A stretch of DNA of 5,867 nucleotides, from IMG/VR virus record IMGVR_UViG_3300023492_000064, positions 1 through 5,867 of that record; one strand, written 5' to 3'. Shown in pieces: positions 4,278 to 5,867 of this stretch; the first letter of the stretch is position 1, and every line of letters starts with the position of its first letter. The translations under genes and the position numbers were made by a program. The notes under the pieces are model-generated. The model saw only the letters and a list, made by a program, of their open reading frames with translations, made no database searches and was not told where the DNA came from. Source of the stretch: a virus.

Positions 4278-5867
4278 ATGAGTGATTTTAATCCCCTTGA
4301 TCGAGCGAGAATTTCTATGCATCGATCTTCATTCGATTTAAGTTCGAAGAAACTATTCACTGCTAAGATTGGTGAAATTTTGCCATGTTATTGGCAGATT
4401 GCTATTCCGGAAAATAAATATCGTATTTCCTCGGATTGGTTTACCCGTACTGTTCCTGTCAATACCGCTGCTTATACCCGTATTAAGGAGTATTACGATT
4501 TTTATGCTGTTCCATTACGTTTGATTTCTCGTGCTCTTCCACAAGCGTTTACTCAGATGACTGATTATGTGACTAGCGCGGCTAGTAATGATACGAATAC
4601 TACTACATTAAGTTCTGTTCCTTATACCACTATGTCTCAGTTTAGTGCTTTTTTGCTTGCTGCGAACGCTGGAGATCAACCTAATACTCGTGATGATGCT
4701 GGTCTTCCTTTTGTTTATGGTACTTGTAAGTTATTGGATTTACTTGGTTATGGATCTATGATTGATAAGTCTAATGCAGGTAAGGCTGCAATTACTAAGA
4801 AGTATTTAGGTCTTGACAATCTTGGTGACGGAAATAATCCACTGGTTTATTCTGTAAGTCAGACGGTAAATATGCTTCCTCTTCTTGCTTATCAGAAGAT
4901 TTATTTTGATTTCTTCAGTAATTCTCAATGGGAGAAACATTTAGCTTATGCTTACAATGTGGATTACTGGCAAGGCACTAGTTCTGTTCCATTATCCGTT
5001 AATATGCTTAAGATGCGCTATGCGAATTATCCTAAGGATTATTTTATGGGTATTCTTCCCTCTTCTCAATATGGTTCTGTAGCTGTTTTGCCTGCGGTTG
5101 ATAATGCTCTTCTTTCTTCTCAAGTTGGTTTATACCCCTCGCTTACTTCTGCCGTTGCTGGCTCGTCTGTTCAGAATCCGTCTGGTGGCAGTACCGTTGT
5201 TGCTTCGTCTTCTAATTCTTCCACTGGCCCTCGTTTTGCTCGTCTTAATTCTGACCTTTCCGCATTGTCAATTCGTGCAACGGAATATCTCCAGCGCTGG
5301 AAAGAGGTAGTTCAGTTTAGTAGTAAGGATTATTCTGATCAGATGGCCGCCCAATTTGGTATTAAAGCCCCTGAGTATATGGGTAATCATGCTCATTATA
5401 TTGGTGGTTGGTCTAATGTGATTAACATCAATGAGGTTGTGAACACTAATCTTGACGCTGATACTTCTCAGGCTTCTATTGCTGGTAAGGGAATTTCTAG
5501 TCAGTCAGGACATACACTTACTTATGATTGCGGTGCCGAGCATCAAGTGATTATGTGTGTATATCATGCTATTCCATTATTGGATTGGAATTTGACAGGT
5601 CAGAACCCTCAGTTAACTGTTACTGCTGTTTCTGATTTTCCGCAACCCGCATTTGATCAACTTGGTATGCAATCTGTTCCGGCATTGAATTTGCAAAATA
5701 ATCCCGGTCGTTCTGTTTCTGGATCCATTGGTTATAATCTTCGCTATTGGCAATGGAAATCTAGTATTGATACGGTTCATGCTGCATTTCGTACTGGTGC
5801 TGCTTATCAGTCTTGGGCTGCGCCCCTAGATGGTTGGCAAGTCCTGACATCTTCTGGTGCTTGGTCT
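4278..5867 (+). CDS. VP1: Major capsid protein VP1 (phiX174 F-like), N-terminal 530 codons. The ORF is open to the window end and continues at position 56 through the 55-nt terminal redundancy, giving 582 aa in total.
   Basis: Hand translation from ATG 4278 found no stop through 5867 (1590 nt = 530 codons). This ORF is absent from the supplied track, presumably because it has no stop inside the window. The protein starts MSDFNPLDRARISMHRSSFDLSSKKLFTAKIGEILPCYWQIAIPENKYRISSDWFTRTVPVNTAAYTRIKEYYDFYAVPLRLISR. It also contains LPLLAYQKIYFDFFSNSQWEKH, MRYANYPKDYFMGILPSSQYG, IRATEYLQRWKE, VYHAIPLLDW, FPQPAFDQLGMQ and YNLRYWQWKSSID. From memory, these blocks are characteristic of Microviridae major capsid proteins, especially the Bacteroidota-associated (Alpavirinae-like) lineage. 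Codon usage is T-ending, as in the other genes. Confidence 0.95.
   Translation, partial: MSDFNPLDRARISMHRSSFDLSSKKLFTAKIGEILPCYWQIAIPENKYRISSDWFTRTVPVNTAAYTRIKEYYDFYAVPLRLISRALPQAFTQMTDYVTSAASNDTNTTTLSSVPYTTMSQFSAFLLAANAGDQPNTRDDAGLPFVYGTCKLLDLLGYGSMIDKSNAGKAAITKKYLGLDNLGDGNNPLVYSVSQTVNMLPLLAYQKIYFDFFSNSQWEKHLAYAYNVDYWQGTSSVPLSVNMLKMRYANYPKDYFMGILPSSQYGSVAVLPAVDNALLSSQVGLYPSLTSAVAGSSVQNPSGGSTVVASSSNSSTGPRFARLNSDLSALSIRATEYLQRWKEVVQFSSKDYSDQMAAQFGIKAPEYMGNHAHYIGGWSNVININEVVNTNLDADTSQASIAGKGISSQSGHTLTYDCGAEHQVIMCVYHAIPLLDWNLTGQNPQLTVTAVSDFPQPAFDQLGMQSVPALNLQNNPGRSVSGSIGYNLRYWQWKSSIDTVHAAFRTGAAYQSWAAPLDGWQVLTSSGAWS
5813..5867. repeat. Right copy of the 55-nt exact terminal direct repeat
   Basis: Identical to 1-55. 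It lies inside the VP1 reading frame, so it is redundancy from linearising a circle, not a biological repeat. Confidence 0.97.

Noticed and set aside
4061-4523. Two further TAnnTTTG (-7-like) matches: TATGTTTG 4061-4068 in the VP4 3' end and TACGTTTG 4516-4523 in VP1
   Set aside because: Both are intragenic and lack a -33 TTTG at 19-21 nt spacing. 4061 could still be a weak internal promoter for VP1, about 210 nt upstream of ATG 4278, but the evidence is only a 6-position match.
5098-5310. A 70-aa hydrophobic, Arg-rich ORF overlapping the capsid low-complexity loop (internal ATG at 5104)
   Set aside because: This is the same frame-shift compositional artefact, produced by the TCT/GCT/GTT-rich stretch of VP1. 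It is not supported without conservation evidence.
5658-5664. CAACTTG, an exact match to the first 7 nt of the phiX174 origin up to the nick site, inside VP1
   Set aside because: A 7-mer is expected about 0.35 times per strand in 5.8 kb by chance. The downstream bases (GTATGCAAT) diverge from ATATTAATAAC, and the G/A nick dinucleotide is G/G here.

Overview
The window is a complete, circularly permuted genome of a small ssDNA phage of the family Microviridae. The first 55 nt (1-55) recur exactly at 5813-5867, so the unit length is 5,812 nt and the window is one closed circle opened inside the major capsid gene. All credible genes are on the + strand and share a strong T-ending codon bias. Going round the circle they are: major capsid protein VP1 (4278-5867, continuing at 56-214; 582 aa by hand translation), an unassigned 147-aa protein (226-669), the VP2 pilot/minor capsid protein (666-1787, coupled to the previous gene by an ATGA overlap), a 445-nt non-coding region (1788-2232), two small ORFs (65 aa at 2233-2430; a 27-aa single-helix membrane peptide at 2417-2500), and a long HUH rolling-circle replication initiator VP4 (2553-4232). 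The long VP4, the VP1 motifs and a full-consensus Bacteroides-type promoter (TTTG-N19-TAnnTTTG at 2152-2182) suggest a Bacteroidota-associated, Alpavirinae-like microvirus, but this needs a database search. The most unusual part is the non-coding region. It holds a G+C-rich island (1795-1987) closed by an 11-bp interrupted inverted repeat, and the interior hand-folds almost entirely into four hairpins. Two exact copies of the DNA mini-hairpin heptamer GCGAAGC follow. I read this as a candidate complementary-strand origin or structured-nucleic-acid module, with ncRNA, MITE-like insertion and dif-like attachment region as alternatives. The 27-aa membrane peptide is a candidate lysis or membrane effector, and no other lysis gene is recognisable. 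All folds, counts and translations were done by hand, and no homology search was possible.
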